A stretch of DNA of 64,000 bases from Acidobacteriota bacterium (GTDB lineage: Bacteria; Acidobacteriota; UBA6911; RPQK01; JAJDTT01): NCBI GenBank assembly GCA_965263035.1, contig OZ253580.1, positions 4,416,001-4,480,000 on the forward strand, read 5' to 3'. Position 1 is the stretch's first letter; each line of letters begins with the position of its first letter. A program made the position numbers and the translations under genes. Positions 1-9,052 of the stretch are shown piece after piece. Below the pieces are notes generated by a model. The model did no database searches and was not told where the DNA came from. It worked only from the letters and a program-made list of their open reading frames with translations.

Positions 1-384
1 CCGGCCGGACAGGTCCCGGTCCGCCTGGGCCTGTTCGCCACGTCCACCCGCGAGATGGCTCCGGTAGGCGAGCTTCAGGGCGGCGTCGCTGAGCATGTCG
101 TTCAACGACCAGCGCCAGGCGCTGTCATAGGGCTCGCCGCTGTGGACGGCGCCGTCCACGGGGCAGACGTGGTGGTGGTGGTCCCGAGGGTCGTAAATGA
201 GCTGGACGGCGTGCTCCGGGCAGAAGAAGTCGTGGTAATAGCCGGCCTGCCGTACGGGGACCTGAGGCAGGAACCGGTGATACTCGGAAAGTCTTTGATC
301 CAGCGCCTTCCGGGCCACAGAGAAGGAGGGGTCCGAGGTGCGCCGGCGCAGGTCCCGGCTCCATTCCGGTGTCAGAAGTGTCAT
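1..384 (-). CDS. heparinase II/III-like or alginate-lyase-domain protein, 5' part (runs off window)
   Basis: Not in ORF track. ATG at 384 overlaps the upstream TGA (ATGA). Manual translation MTLLTPEWSRDLRRR...AGYYHDFFCPEHAVQLIYDPRDHHHHVCPVDGAVHSGEPYDSAW matches the YxHxxxCP...HxCP...GEPYD-W N-terminus of heparinase II/III / oligo-alginate lyase-like proteins. Confidence 0.65.
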   Translation of the reverse strand, partial: MTLLTPEWSRDLRRRTSDPSFSVARKALDQRLSEYHRFLPQVPVRQAGYYHDFFCPEHAVQLIYDPRDHHHHVCPVDGAVHSGEPYDSAWRWSLNDMLSDAALKLAYRSHLAGGRGEQAQADRDLSGR

Positions 385-1445
385 CTTCGATAAGCCTCCA
401 GGGTGATCTCGGCGATACGTTCCCAATCGTACCGTTGGATGCTGGCCAGGGCGGTACGGGACGCCTCTTCCAGATCCCAGCCCTGGATCTCCTGCATGGC
501 TTCCAGGAGCCCGTCGGGCCGGTTCGGATCGTAGAGCAGACCGCCGCCGGGAAGGATGACTTCGGGCAGACAGCCCAGGTTAGGCGCGATCACGGGACGG
601 GACTCGGATAGGGCCAGGGTGACGGTCCCCGACGACAGGGTGGCCAGAAACGGCAGCACCATGGCGTTGCTGGCGCGCAGGACCCGTATCAGGTCCGGCG
701 TGGGCACACGGGGTTCGACGATCCGGTCCAGGATCCGGGGATGACCGGCGGCCAGCTTTCGAATCTTGTTCAGGTAAGGCTTGTGACGACCGCCGCCGGC
801 GAGCAGGAGCCAGGAGTCATCACCAGGAAGCCTGAGAAAGGTCTCGATCAGAGTCTCCAGACCCTTGTAGGGAAGGACGCCGCCGATGAATCCGTAGGCG
901 AAATCCCGAGCCGGAATGCCCAGATCCAGGCGAGCCTGCCTCCGGGAAGCGAGGTCCGGGTAGACCCCGATGAAATGACCGTGGGGCGCAAGGAAGATGT
1001 CGTGGGAACGGCCGAAGGTTTGCCTGACGCCGGCTGCGGACGCTCCGCAATGGGCGATGATGGCGGTGCAGAGCCGGCAGAGGTGGAGCCGGAACTCGTG
1101 ATCGATCTCCTGGTGGGTCCGGTTGTGGGGATAGATGTTGTGGGCGGTCCAGACCACCTTGTAGCCCAGTTCCCGGGCCAGTTCCAGGGAGGCGGCCAGC
1201 TCCTCCATCTGCTGCTGCATGACGCCGGCGTCGTCGTTGTAGTAGTCGTGGTGGGGCCAGTGGAGGTGCAGAATCTGGATTCTGCCCCGGTTCCTTCGGA
1301 GGTACTCGGGACTGCAGTCCGTCTCAAATTCCATTTCCACGCCCCGCCGTTCCAAGGCTTCCGCCAGCAGGGCTCCGTAGGGATTGTTCCCCTCATGGTT
1401 GGTGGGGAGACGTTTCTGCTGGTGGTAGTAGAAGGCGACGCGCAA
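381..1445 (-). CDS. glycosyltransferase family 4 (GT-B fold)
   Basis: 354 aa, TTG start; LHLHWP, VWTAHNIYPH, GxVLPYKG and LPF..LSSG motifs typical of GT4. Confidence 0.85.
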   Translation of the reverse strand: MRVAFYYHQQKRLPTNHEGNNPYGALLAEALERRGVEMEFETDCSPEYLRRNRGRIQILHLHWPHHDYYNDDAGVMQQQMEELAASLELARELGYKVVWTAHNIYPHNRTHQEIDHEFRLHLCRLCTAIIAHCGASAAGVRQTFGRSHDIFLAPHGHFIGVYPDLASRRQARLDLGIPARDFAYGFIGGVLPYKGLETLIETFLRLPGDDSWLLLAGGGRHKPYLNKIRKLAAGHPRILDRIVEPRVPTPDLIRVLRASNAMVLPFLATLSSGTVTLALSESRPVIAPNLGCLPEVILPGGGLLYDPNRPDGLLEAMQEIQGWDLEEASRTALASIQRYDWERIAEITLEAYRR

Positions 1446-1484
1446 GATGAATCCGGAAATCCGATCCGGCCGGCGTAAGCTCGC

Positions 1485-2642
1485 TCAGCGCGGGTCGGGC
1501 TCGATGAAGAAGACGTATTCGTTCGTGTCCAGACCGTCGTAGATGATGCTGTATTCCACCATCAGCTTGAGCGGTTCCTCGTCGTTGTACCGGTTGATGA
1601 TGCAGTTGTGGCTGTACCCGTCGGGGTGTCTGGTGTCTCCGCTGACGATGATCCCGCTGCCCCAGTCGATGCCGTCGTCGGACTGGTAGAGGACAAAACG
1701 GTGGCTGCCTTCCCCCTCGTGGCCCGACCGTCCGTGCAGGTAGTACTTGCCCCCCAGGTAGGCCAGCTCCGGGTCGCGGATCATCTTGTCCACGTAGGTC
1801 CGCTGCTGTTCGCTCCAGGTCCGTCCCTGGTCCTGGCTGATGCAGTAGTAGAAATGGTGCTCGTCCTTTTCGGTATAGGCGCCGGCCAAAAGGCGCCCGT
1901 CCGCCATCAGGCACATGGTGCCGTACCACTTGTCGTTGTCGAGAGAGAGTGCGCTCCTCCGGTTCCAGCTCAGACCGTCGTCGGTGCTGGCGTAAAGGAC
2001 GTGAGGTCCGCCGTCGTTGCTGTCGTAGAGGACATAGTTGGTCTCGCCGGACACCGCCACGGCACAGGGGTACCCGATGAAGTCCCCATCGATACGCTGG
2101 TATTTGCTCCAGGTGGAGCCGTGGTCCAGGCTCCGCATGAATCCGCTTCCTTCTTTGCCCGTGCCGATCTTGAAATGGGTCAGGAACAGGACGGCGCTTC
2201 CCTTTTCGGTGACCAGACCCTCCTCGACCCAGACGGATCGCTTCTGATCCTGGTCGTAATGGTCGTAGGAATACTGGAGTTTGTTGTACCTGCTCCAGGT
2301 CTTGCCGCCGTCGGCGCTTTCGGCGTATTCGGACCAACCGTCCACGTTGTGATCGGTGGTGTTGGTGTGGAAGGCCACGACCCGGCCGTCGGCATACTCC
2401 ATGCAGACGGGCCCGCCATGGGTGCAGCGTCCCGGAGCGTCGTGCTCGAGGTCGGCAATGATGTCCCCGAAGATGCCGTCACCGAGCTCGGTAGACGGGT
2501 CGTAGTCGTAGATCCGCGCGCCGTCGATTCGGCCCGATTCGTCGACGTTTTCACCGGCTGCCGGCTCCTGCACCATTTCTCCGGAGCCGCAACCCACCAG
2601 GCACAGCACGGTGATCATGTAAACCGTTGCTCGGATGGTCAT
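1485..2642 (-). CDS. BNR/Asp-box (sialidase-fold) lipoprotein
   Basis: Lipobox-like LVGC; Asp-boxes [39 protein letters not shown]. Confidence 0.8.
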   Translation of the reverse strand: MTIRATVYMITVLCLVGCGSGEMVQEPAAGENVDESGRIDGARIYDYDPSTELGDGIFGDIIADLEHDAPGRCTHGGPVCMEYADGRVVAFHTNTTDHNVDGWSEYAESADGGKTWSRYNKLQYSYDHYDQDQKRSVWVEEGLVTEKGSAVLFLTHFKIGTGKEGSGFMRSLDHGSTWSKYQRIDGDFIGYPCAVAVSGETNYVLYDSNDGGPHVLYASTDDGLSWNRRSALSLDNDKWYGTMCLMADGRLLAGAYTEKDEHHFYYCISQDQGRTWSEQQRTYVDKMIRDPELAYLGGKYYLHGRSGHEGEGSHRFVLYQSDDGIDWGSGIIVSGDTRHPDGYSHNCIINRYNDEEPLKLMVEYSIIYDGLDTNEYVFFIEPDPR

Positions 2643-2695
2643 CCGTTCCTCCCCCTCACGTCGGCCCGCGTCGATTCGCGAGATACTACCATTTT

Positions 2696-2830
2696 GGGAA
2701 AGGAAAGAGGAAAGAGGAAAGAGGAAATGAGAAAAGAGTTAAGACGGAAGAAGCGCCCCCAAGTGGCCGGCGTCCGGCAACACGAACCCCTTTTCTTCAC
2801 TCTTTCCTATTTCCTCTTTTCTCTTTCCTC
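2696..2830. repeat. imperfect inverted repeat made of GAGGAAA / TTTCCTC heptamers
   Basis: Purine arm gaggaaagaggaaagaggaaatgagaaaagagttaaga (~2700-2743) is near-complementary to pyrimidine arm tcttcactctttcctatttcctcttttctctttcctc (~2794-2830). Confidence 0.8.
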
Positions 2831-2878
2831 GCTCGTAGTAGACTTGGGCCGCAACGGCAAAAGGAGGTCGGGAGTCCC

Positions 2879-4165
2879 ATGATGCATCGACGTGATTTCT
2901 TGAGGCCGCTGGGAGTCGGGGCGGCCGTTGCGGCGGGGAAGGTCCATGGCCTGTTCTCGGGGCCGCTTCCGGCCGGGTCGGGACAGGCGTTCTTCGAGAA
3001 GACGACGGTCTTCACCCCGGGAAAGGGTTTCGGAGTCCGGCTCCCTGGACTGCTGGCGACGAGCCGAGGCACCGTGGTCGCCGTCTGCCAGCGGCGGTGG
3101 GACAACATGACCGACTTCGGCCACGAGACCGATGTCCTGGTGCAGAGGAGCACGGACGGGGGCCGGACCTGGGGGAAGCAGCGAGTCCTCTTCCGGGAGC
3201 GGGGGGCATTCTGCCTCGTCGGGCCGCTGATCGAAGATCGGATCAGCGGGACGATCTTTTCCGCCTTCTGGAAACTGCCAACCACGGCGCCTCATGACCT
3301 GAGGTATTTTCCCACCTACGCCAAGACCGACGGGCGCTTCTGGCTGGCGAAGAGCACCGACCAGGGCCTCACCTGGTCCGAACCGTCGCCCAAGAAGGCC
3401 CGTCCCAACCCGGACGGATGGACCGGTTGGACCAACAACTCGGTCCACGGCATCCAGTTGGCCCGGGGTCCGCGCACAGGACGGCTGGTGATCCCCGGCT
3501 TCCTGTACAAGGACGGAGAAGAAGGGCAGATTCCCGGGGTCCGCGGAGGCGTTCTCTACAGCGACGACCATGGATCGACTTGGCAGGTGGGGGGTGTCCT
3601 GCCGGTGGGCTCGGACGAGGTCACCGTGGTGGAGACGGCTGACGGCGGTGTTTACGCCAATTACCGCAAGAATCGCCCCTTTCACAACGAGTGGCGATGG
3701 CACGCCTGGAGCCGGGACGGAGGGGAGAGTTTCGAACCGCAGGAGACGCAACCCCGCGATCTCCCTACTACGGTCTGTCACGCCGGGTTGACCAGCTACC
3801 CCACGGGGGAGAACGGAGGGAAGAACATCTTCCTCTTCTCCAATCCTGCGGGTCCTGATCCCTCCAATCCGACGAAGGGGCGGAGACAGCGGCTCACCTT
3901 GCGGGCCAGCTATGACGAGGGCCGGACTTGGCCGCTGTCGAAACTGTTGGATGACGGTCCGTCCGCCTATTCCGACCTGGCTGTGCTGGAGGACAAGACG
4001 ATTCTCTGTCTGCACGAAGACAGCCTCGACTGGCCCGAGTCCAAGCTCGCCGAGTGGTACGGCAGCTTTTCGCGCCTGGACCATCGCCGGCGCTGGTGCG
4101 AGAGAATCAGCATCGCCCGTTTCAAACTGGAATGGCTCAACAGCCCACGGACGGTCCAAGGATGA
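2879..4165 (+). CDS. exo-alpha-sialidase (GH33-like), Tat-exported
   Basis: AAGGAGGT upstream of ATG 2879; Tat motif HRRDFL; RIP-like VRLP; five Asp-boxes; SDE..V, conserved Arg residues and SAYSDL. Confidence 0.85.
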   Translation: MMHRRDFLRPLGVGAAVAAGKVHGLFSGPLPAGSGQAFFEKTTVFTPGKGFGVRLPGLLATSRGTVVAVCQRRWDNMTDFGHETDVLVQRSTDGGRTWGKQRVLFRERGAFCLVGPLIEDRISGTIFSAFWKLPTTAPHDLRYFPTYAKTDGRFWLAKSTDQGLTWSEPSPKKARPNPDGWTGWTNNSVHGIQLARGPRTGRLVIPGFLYKDGEEGQIPGVRGGVLYSDDHGSTWQVGGVLPVGSDEVTVVETADGGVYANYRKNRPFHNEWRWHAWSRDGGESFEPQETQPRDLPTTVCHAGLTSYPTGENGGKNIFLFSNPAGPDPSNPTKGRRQRLTLRASYDEGRTWPLSKLLDDGPSAYSDLAVLEDKTILCLHEDSLDWPESKLAEWYGSFSRLDHRRRWCERISIARFKLEWLNSPRTVQG

Positions 4166-4183
4166 CGAGGAGGAAGACGTAAC

Positions 4184-5176
4184 ATGTACAGAATGGCCAT
4201 CATCGGAGTGGGGATGATATCCACTAAGGCCATGATTCCCGGGATTCGCCAAGCCAAGACGGCGGAATTGACGGCTCTGGGGACCAGCTCCCCGGAGAAG
4301 GCGCAAGCCCTCTCCGCCAAGCACGGCGTCGACCGCTGCTATTCGAGTTACCAGCAGCTACTGGAGGACCCCGGCATCGACGGTGTCTACATCGGTCTTC
4401 CCAACCATCTCCACAAGGAGTGGACCCTGAAGGCGTTGGCCCACGGCAAGCATGTTCTTTGCGACAAGCCGCTGGGGATGGATCTGGCGGAAGCCCGGGA
4501 GATGGAGGCGGCCGCCAGAGCGGCCGGGCGGGTGCTGATGGAGGGGTTCATGTACCGCTTCCATCCCCAGCATGCCCTGGTGAAGGAGCTCATCCGGAAG
4601 GGCGCCATCGGACGGGTTTTTCTGTTCGAAGCCCACTTCCACTACTTCATGGAAGATCCGGACAACATTCGTCTGAAGCGTGAGACCGGAGGCGGAGGCC
4701 TCTACGACGTGGGTTGCTACGGGATCAACAGCGCCCGGTACATCCTTGGGGCGGAACCTCGTTCCGTTTCCGGAAATTGGAGGCTGGGGGCCGAGACTGG
4801 AGTCGACGAGTTCTGCCACTTCACCCTGCGGTTCGACGGCGGCCCCGTGGCCACCGTCACCTGTGGGACCCATCTTCCCCGGGAGCAGGGCTACACCGTC
4901 TACGGGGAGCGGGGGATCATCAGGGCGCCCCAGGCCTACGTGCCCGCACCGCGAAAGCGGGTCCAGGTGACGGTCATCGACCAGGTTGGCAAACACGAGC
5001 AGCACCGGGTCCGAGGCGTCAACCAGTATGCCGACGAGGTCGACGCCTTCGTCGCCGCCTGCGGCGGCGCAACGGACGCCAGGATCGAGACGGGTGTCGA
5101 GAACATGGCCGTGATAGACGCGGTGCGGAGGGCTTGCCTGTCGGGGGCTATCGAGAGTTGCAGCGCATCCTCCTGA
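4184..5176 (+). CDS. Gfo/Idh/MocA family oxidoreductase
   Basis: IIGVGMIS Rossmann start, GLPNHLH, GKHVLCDKP, EGFMYRFHP, GGGLYDVGCY. Confidence 0.92.
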   Translation: MYRMAIIGVGMISTKAMIPGIRQAKTAELTALGTSSPEKAQALSAKHGVDRCYSSYQQLLEDPGIDGVYIGLPNHLHKEWTLKALAHGKHVLCDKPLGMDLAEAREMEAAARAAGRVLMEGFMYRFHPQHALVKELIRKGAIGRVFLFEAHFHYFMEDPDNIRLKRETGGGGLYDVGCYGINSARYILGAEPRSVSGNWRLGAETGVDEFCHFTLRFDGGPVATVTCGTHLPREQGYTVYGERGIIRAPQAYVPAPRKRVQVTVIDQVGKHEQHRVRGVNQYADEVDAFVAACGGATDARIETGVENMAVIDAVRRACLSGAIESCSASS

Positions 5177-5204
5177 AGATGTTCCAGCTATGCGGAACCT
5201 ACAC

Positions 5205-5247
5205 ACTTTTCTTCGCTCTTTCCTCCTTTTCTCTTTCCTCTTTCCTC
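5205..5247. repeat. TTTCCTC heptamer tract (same family as 2696-2830)
   Basis: tcttcgctctttcctccttttctctttcctctttcctc matches the pyrimidine arm at 2794-2830. Confidence 0.7.
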
Positions 5248-5270
5248 GGCCGCCTGGGAGGAATCCCGGA

Positions 5271-6779
5271 TTGTTGCTATTCGTGATCTTGCTCGCGCTC
5301 GGTATGGGAGCCGCCGCCACGGGCGCCTCCGCGGACGCCGTCGACGTGGGTTCGCGTCTCGAGCTCATGGTGGATGAACATCTCATCGACCGCATGTCGG
5401 GAGGAGCCCGCCTGCAACTCCACCGGCCCGTCCGGCGGAACGTGGCCCTGGTGACCGGCGAGCCCTGGGAGGGCAACGCCTCCTTCTACCGCACGGTGTT
5501 GCAGGATGGAAGCGCCTACCGGATGTACTACGGCACTTGGCACTACGAAACGACGGAGACGGGACAGACTTACCCCCACCGCCAGTATCTCTGCTATGCT
5601 GAGAGCAGCGACGGCATCCGCTTCCGGAAACCGAAGCTGGGACTGGTGGAGTTCCGAGGCAGCACAGACAACAACATCGTCCTCTCCGAGACGACGCTGA
5701 GTTCGGTCGAAGCCGACCCCGGCCACGCCGCCATCTTCATTGACGACAATCCCGACTGCCCCGAGGATGCCCGCTACAAGATGATCATCCGGTCCAACGG
5801 CGAGAAGGGCCTGCTGGCGCTCAAGTCGCCGGATGGACTCCGCTTCACCCCCATGTCGGACCGGGTGGTGATCTCCGAAGGGGCCTTCGATTCGCAGAAC
5901 CTGGCCTTCTGGGACCCGGTGCGGCGAGAGTACCGGGCCTACTTCCGAGGGTTCCGCCAGAAGGTCAGGGACATCCTGACGGCCACTTCTTCCGATTTCC
6001 TCACCTGGACGGACCCGGTCTGGTGCGAGTATCCGGAGGCACCCACGGAGCATCTCTACACCAACCAGTTGCGCCCCTACCACCGGGCGCCCCACATCCT
6101 GGTGGGCTTTCCCATGCGCTACAAGGATCGGGGCCCCACCGAAGCGACCTGGCGCCTGCCGGGCCGTGAAGCCCGGGAGCACAGGTCGAGGGTCTCCCAA
6201 CGCTACGGGACGGCGGTGTCCGACGCGCTCCTGATGACCGGCCGGGACCGGCTCCACTTCAAGCGCTGGGGAGAGGCCTTCATTCGACCCGGGCCCGCCC
6301 GGACCGACAGTTGGGTCTACGGGGACAACTGCATCGCCTGGGGAATCGTCCAGACGCGGTCCGACCGGGTCGGATCTCCCGACGAGCTCTCCATCTACGT
6401 GGTGGAAGGGTACTGGATGGGGCGAAGCATCAAAGTTCGCCGCTATTCCCTCCGCATGGACGGGTTCGTCTCCGTGCAGGCACCTTTGGCCGGTGGAGAG
6501 GTCGTGACCCGTCCACTTCGCTTTGACGGCAATCGGCTGCGCCTCAACTATTCCACCTCGGGCAGCGGCGGGATCTGGGTCGAGCTCCAGGATGCGGACG
6601 GCAAGCCGTTGGAGGGTTTCAGCCAGGCGGATACGGATGAAGTCTTCGGAGACCAGATCGAAGGCGTGGTGTCCTGGAAGGGGAACCGCAACGTCAGCTC
6701 CCTGGCCGGCAAACCGGTCCGGATTCGCTTCGTCCTCAAGGACGCCGACCTGTATGCCTTCCGGTTTGCCGCCGACTAG
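5271..6779 (+). CDS. secreted five-bladed beta-propeller glycoside-hydrolase-like protein (GH32/43/130-like fold), paralog 1
   Basis: Signal peptide; TTG 5271 aligns with ATG 7084 of its paralog, GGGAGG upstream; YAESSDGI, FDSQNLAFWD, LYTNQ, LRMDGFVS motifs and C-terminal beta-sandwich. Confidence 0.75.
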   Translation: MLLFVILLALGMGAAATGASADAVDVGSRLELMVDEHLIDRMSGGARLQLHRPVRRNVALVTGEPWEGNASFYRTVLQDGSAYRMYYGTWHYETTETGQTYPHRQYLCYAESSDGIRFRKPKLGLVEFRGSTDNNIVLSETTLSSVEADPGHAAIFIDDNPDCPEDARYKMIIRSNGEKGLLALKSPDGLRFTPMSDRVVISEGAFDSQNLAFWDPVRREYRAYFRGFRQKVRDILTATSSDFLTWTDPVWCEYPEAPTEHLYTNQLRPYHRAPHILVGFPMRYKDRGPTEATWRLPGREAREHRSRVSQRYGTAVSDALLMTGRDRLHFKRWGEAFIRPGPARTDSWVYGDNCIAWGIVQTRSDRVGSPDELSIYVVEGYWMGRSIKVRRYSLRMDGFVSVQAPLAGGEVVTRPLRFDGNRLRLNYSTSGSGGIWVELQDADGKPLEGFSQADTDEVFGDQIEGVVSWKGNRNVSSLAGKPVRIRFVLKDADLYAFRFAAD

Positions 6780-6801
6780 GAGGGGCGACTTCCAGTCGCC
6801 C
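6780..6801 (+). repeat. REP-like hairpin directly after stop codon
   Basis: GGGCGACT-TCC-AGTCGCCC; a related hairpin follows the xerC stop at 63283-63307. Confidence 0.5.
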
Positions 6802-6872
6802 TCTTGGGGAGCATAGGGGGGACGATAGTCTCCACTTCGCGATTGCTGCGTAATCGATTTGAGGGCCGTGCC

Positions 6873-7065
6873 ATAGAAATCGCACCCATCAGGACCGACC
6901 GAGATTTCCGCCGGACGCTCAAGGAGATCGAAGGCCTGATGACCGCTGAGCGCGGCACGCCCGAAGGCGACCGGCTGGAACTTCTGGTAACGTTGGTCGA
7001 GGCTTGGGAGGCGCGCAATTTTCCTCTTGATCTACCCGAGCCGATCGCCGCTGTCCGCTACCACT
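6873..7065 (+). pseudogene. truncated HigA-type antitoxin / HTH regulator N-terminus
   Basis: Frame reads (I)EIAPIRTDRDFRRTLKEIEGLMTAERGTPEGDRLELLVTLVEAWEARNFPLDLPEPIAAVRYH, the typical N-terminal half of this family. ATA sits where ATG is expected after GAGGG, and the HTH half is missing. Confidence 0.75.
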
Positions 7066-7083
7066 CAGGGAGGAATTCGAAAA

Positions 7084-8604
7084 ATGTCGCTATTCGTGAT
7101 CTTGCTTGTCCTCGGCATGGGAACCGCCGTCATGGGCGCCTCCGAGGGGGTCGCCGACGTGGGTTCGCGTCTTGAGCTCATGGTGGATGAACATCTCATC
7201 GACCGCATGTCGGGAGGAGCCCGGCTGCAGCTCCACCGGCCTGTCCGGAGAAACGTGGCACTGGTGACCGATGAGGCTTGGGAAGGAAACGCCTGCCATT
7301 ACCGCACCGTGTTCCAGGATGGAACCCCAAACCGGATGCGCTACCGGATGTACTACGGCGCCTATCAGTACGAGGTGACGGAGACAGGGCAGACTTATCC
7401 CCACCGCCCGTACATGTGCTATGCGGAGAGCAGCGACGGCATCCACTTTCGGAAACCGAAGCTGGGCCTGGTGGAGTTCCAGGGCAGCACAGACAACAAC
7501 ATCATCCTCTCCCAGACGACGCTGAGTTCGGTCGAAGCCGACCCGGGTCACGCCGCCATCTTCAAGGACGACAGTCCCGACTGCCCCGAGGACGCCCGCT
7601 ACAAGATGATCATCCGGTCCAACGGCGAGAAGGGCCTGCTGGCTCTCAAGTCGCCGGACGGACTCCGTTTCACCCCCATGTCGGACCGGGTGGTGATCTC
7701 CGAAGGGGCCTTCGATTCGCAGAATCTGGCCTTCTGGGATCCGGTCCGGCGCGAGTACCGGGCCTATTTCCGCGGGTTTAACCAGAGGGTCAGGGACATC
7801 CTGACGGCCACCTCATCCGACTTCGTGAACTGGACCGACCCGGTCTGGTGCGAGTACCCGGACGCCCCCCGGGAGCATCTCTACACCAATCAACTGCGCC
7901 CCTACTACCGGGCGCCCCACATCCTGGTGGGCTTTCCCATGCGCTACAAGGACCGGGGCTCGACCGAAGCGACTTGGCGCCTGCCGGGCCGGGAAGCCCG
8001 GGAGCACAGATCGAAGGTCTCCCAGCGCTACGGGACGGCGGTGACCGATTCCCTCCTGATGACGGGCCGGGACCGGCTCCACTTCAAACGTTGGGGAGAG
8101 GCCTTCATTCGACCCGGCCCGGCCCGGATCGACAGTTGGGTCTACGGAGACAACAGCATCGCCTGGGGAATCGTCCAGACCCGCTCCGACCGGATCGGTT
8201 CTCCCGAGGAGCTCTCCATCTACGTGGTGGAAGGGTACTGGATGGGCCGGAGCCTGAACGTGCGACGCTATTCCCTCCGCATGGACGGATTCGTCTCCGT
8301 GCAGGCGCCTTTGGCCGGTGGAGAGATGGTGACCCGTCCGCTTCGCTTTGAAGGCAATCGGCTGCGCCTCAACTATTCCACCTCGGGCAGCGGCGGAATC
8401 TGGGTCGAGCTGCAGGACGCGGACGGCAAGCCGCTGGAGGGTTTCAGCCAAGCGGATGCGGATGAAGTCTTCGGAGATCAGATCGAAGAGGTGGTGACCT
8501 GGAAGGGGAACCGTGACGTCGCCTCACTGGCCGGCAAACCGGTCCGGATTCGGTTCGTCCTCAAGGACGCCGACCTGTACGCTTTTCGCTTCGCCGCCGA
8601 CTGA
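7084..8604 (+). CDS. secreted beta-propeller glycoside-hydrolase-like protein, paralog 2 (near-identical to 5271-6779)
   Basis: GGGAGG upstream of ATG 7084; long stretches identical to paralog 1 at protein and DNA level. Confidence 0.78.
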   Translation: MSLFVILLVLGMGTAVMGASEGVADVGSRLELMVDEHLIDRMSGGARLQLHRPVRRNVALVTDEAWEGNACHYRTVFQDGTPNRMRYRMYYGAYQYEVTETGQTYPHRPYMCYAESSDGIHFRKPKLGLVEFQGSTDNNIILSQTTLSSVEADPGHAAIFKDDSPDCPEDARYKMIIRSNGEKGLLALKSPDGLRFTPMSDRVVISEGAFDSQNLAFWDPVRREYRAYFRGFNQRVRDILTATSSDFVNWTDPVWCEYPDAPREHLYTNQLRPYYRAPHILVGFPMRYKDRGSTEATWRLPGREAREHRSKVSQRYGTAVTDSLLMTGRDRLHFKRWGEAFIRPGPARIDSWVYGDNSIAWGIVQTRSDRIGSPEELSIYVVEGYWMGRSLNVRRYSLRMDGFVSVQAPLAGGEMVTRPLRFEGNRLRLNYSTSGSGGIWVELQDADGKPLEGFSQADADEVFGDQIEEVVTWKGNRDVASLAGKPVRIRFVLKDADLYAFRFAAD

Positions 8605-8635
8605 GCAGAGGATCGGCTTGGAAGGGGCGGCGACT

Positions 8636-8703
8636 GTGCGCCAGGCTAACTGGCACAAGATAGGCGGTGAAAGTCCGCTGAAACGAAGGATTAACCATCC
8701 ACT
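8636..8703 (+). mobile_element. probable 5' stub of a group II intron
   Basis: Starts GTGCG, then stem GCCAG-GCTAA-CTGGC, then GCGGTGAAAGTCCGC and GAAGGATTAACCATCCAC, resembling the start of domain I of bacterial group II introns. No RT ORF or domain V nearby. Confidence 0.45.
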
Positions 8704-8731
8704 GCTTCCATCTACCGCACGATAAGCAGCT

Positions 8732-9034
8732 TTATCGGGCTATCTCCAAGGTCTGAATCTTTGCGTAGTCTGTTGAGTGCTCGCGCTCAGCGTCCCACAT
8801 GTCAATCGCCTTCTGCATGTTGACCCAGAGCGTCGGACCATTGCCGAAGAGCTTCCCGATCCGGTGCGCCATGTCGGTGCTCATTGGTCTTCGTCCTTGG
8901 CAAATCTCGTTAATGGTCCTGCGCCCGACACCGACAAGATCCGCCACCTGCTTCTGATTGAGTTTCCGAGCCTCGATCTCGCTCCGTAGCAACCTGCCTG
9001 GATGTGTCGGTCGCCTTTCCAGATTTCTAGCCAT
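8732..9034 (-). CDS. higA: HigA family addiction-module antitoxin (HTH-XRE)
   Basis: RRPTHPGRLL start, HTH, MSTDMAHRIGKLFGNGPTLWVNMQ..D.W; GGAGG upstream. Confidence 0.9.
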   Translation of the reverse strand: MARNLERRPTHPGRLLRSEIEARKLNQKQVADLVGVGRRTINEICQGRRPMSTDMAHRIGKLFGNGPTLWVNMQKAIDMWDAEREHSTDYAKIQTLEIAR

Positions 9035-9052
9035 GTCCCGCCCTCCGTACTA

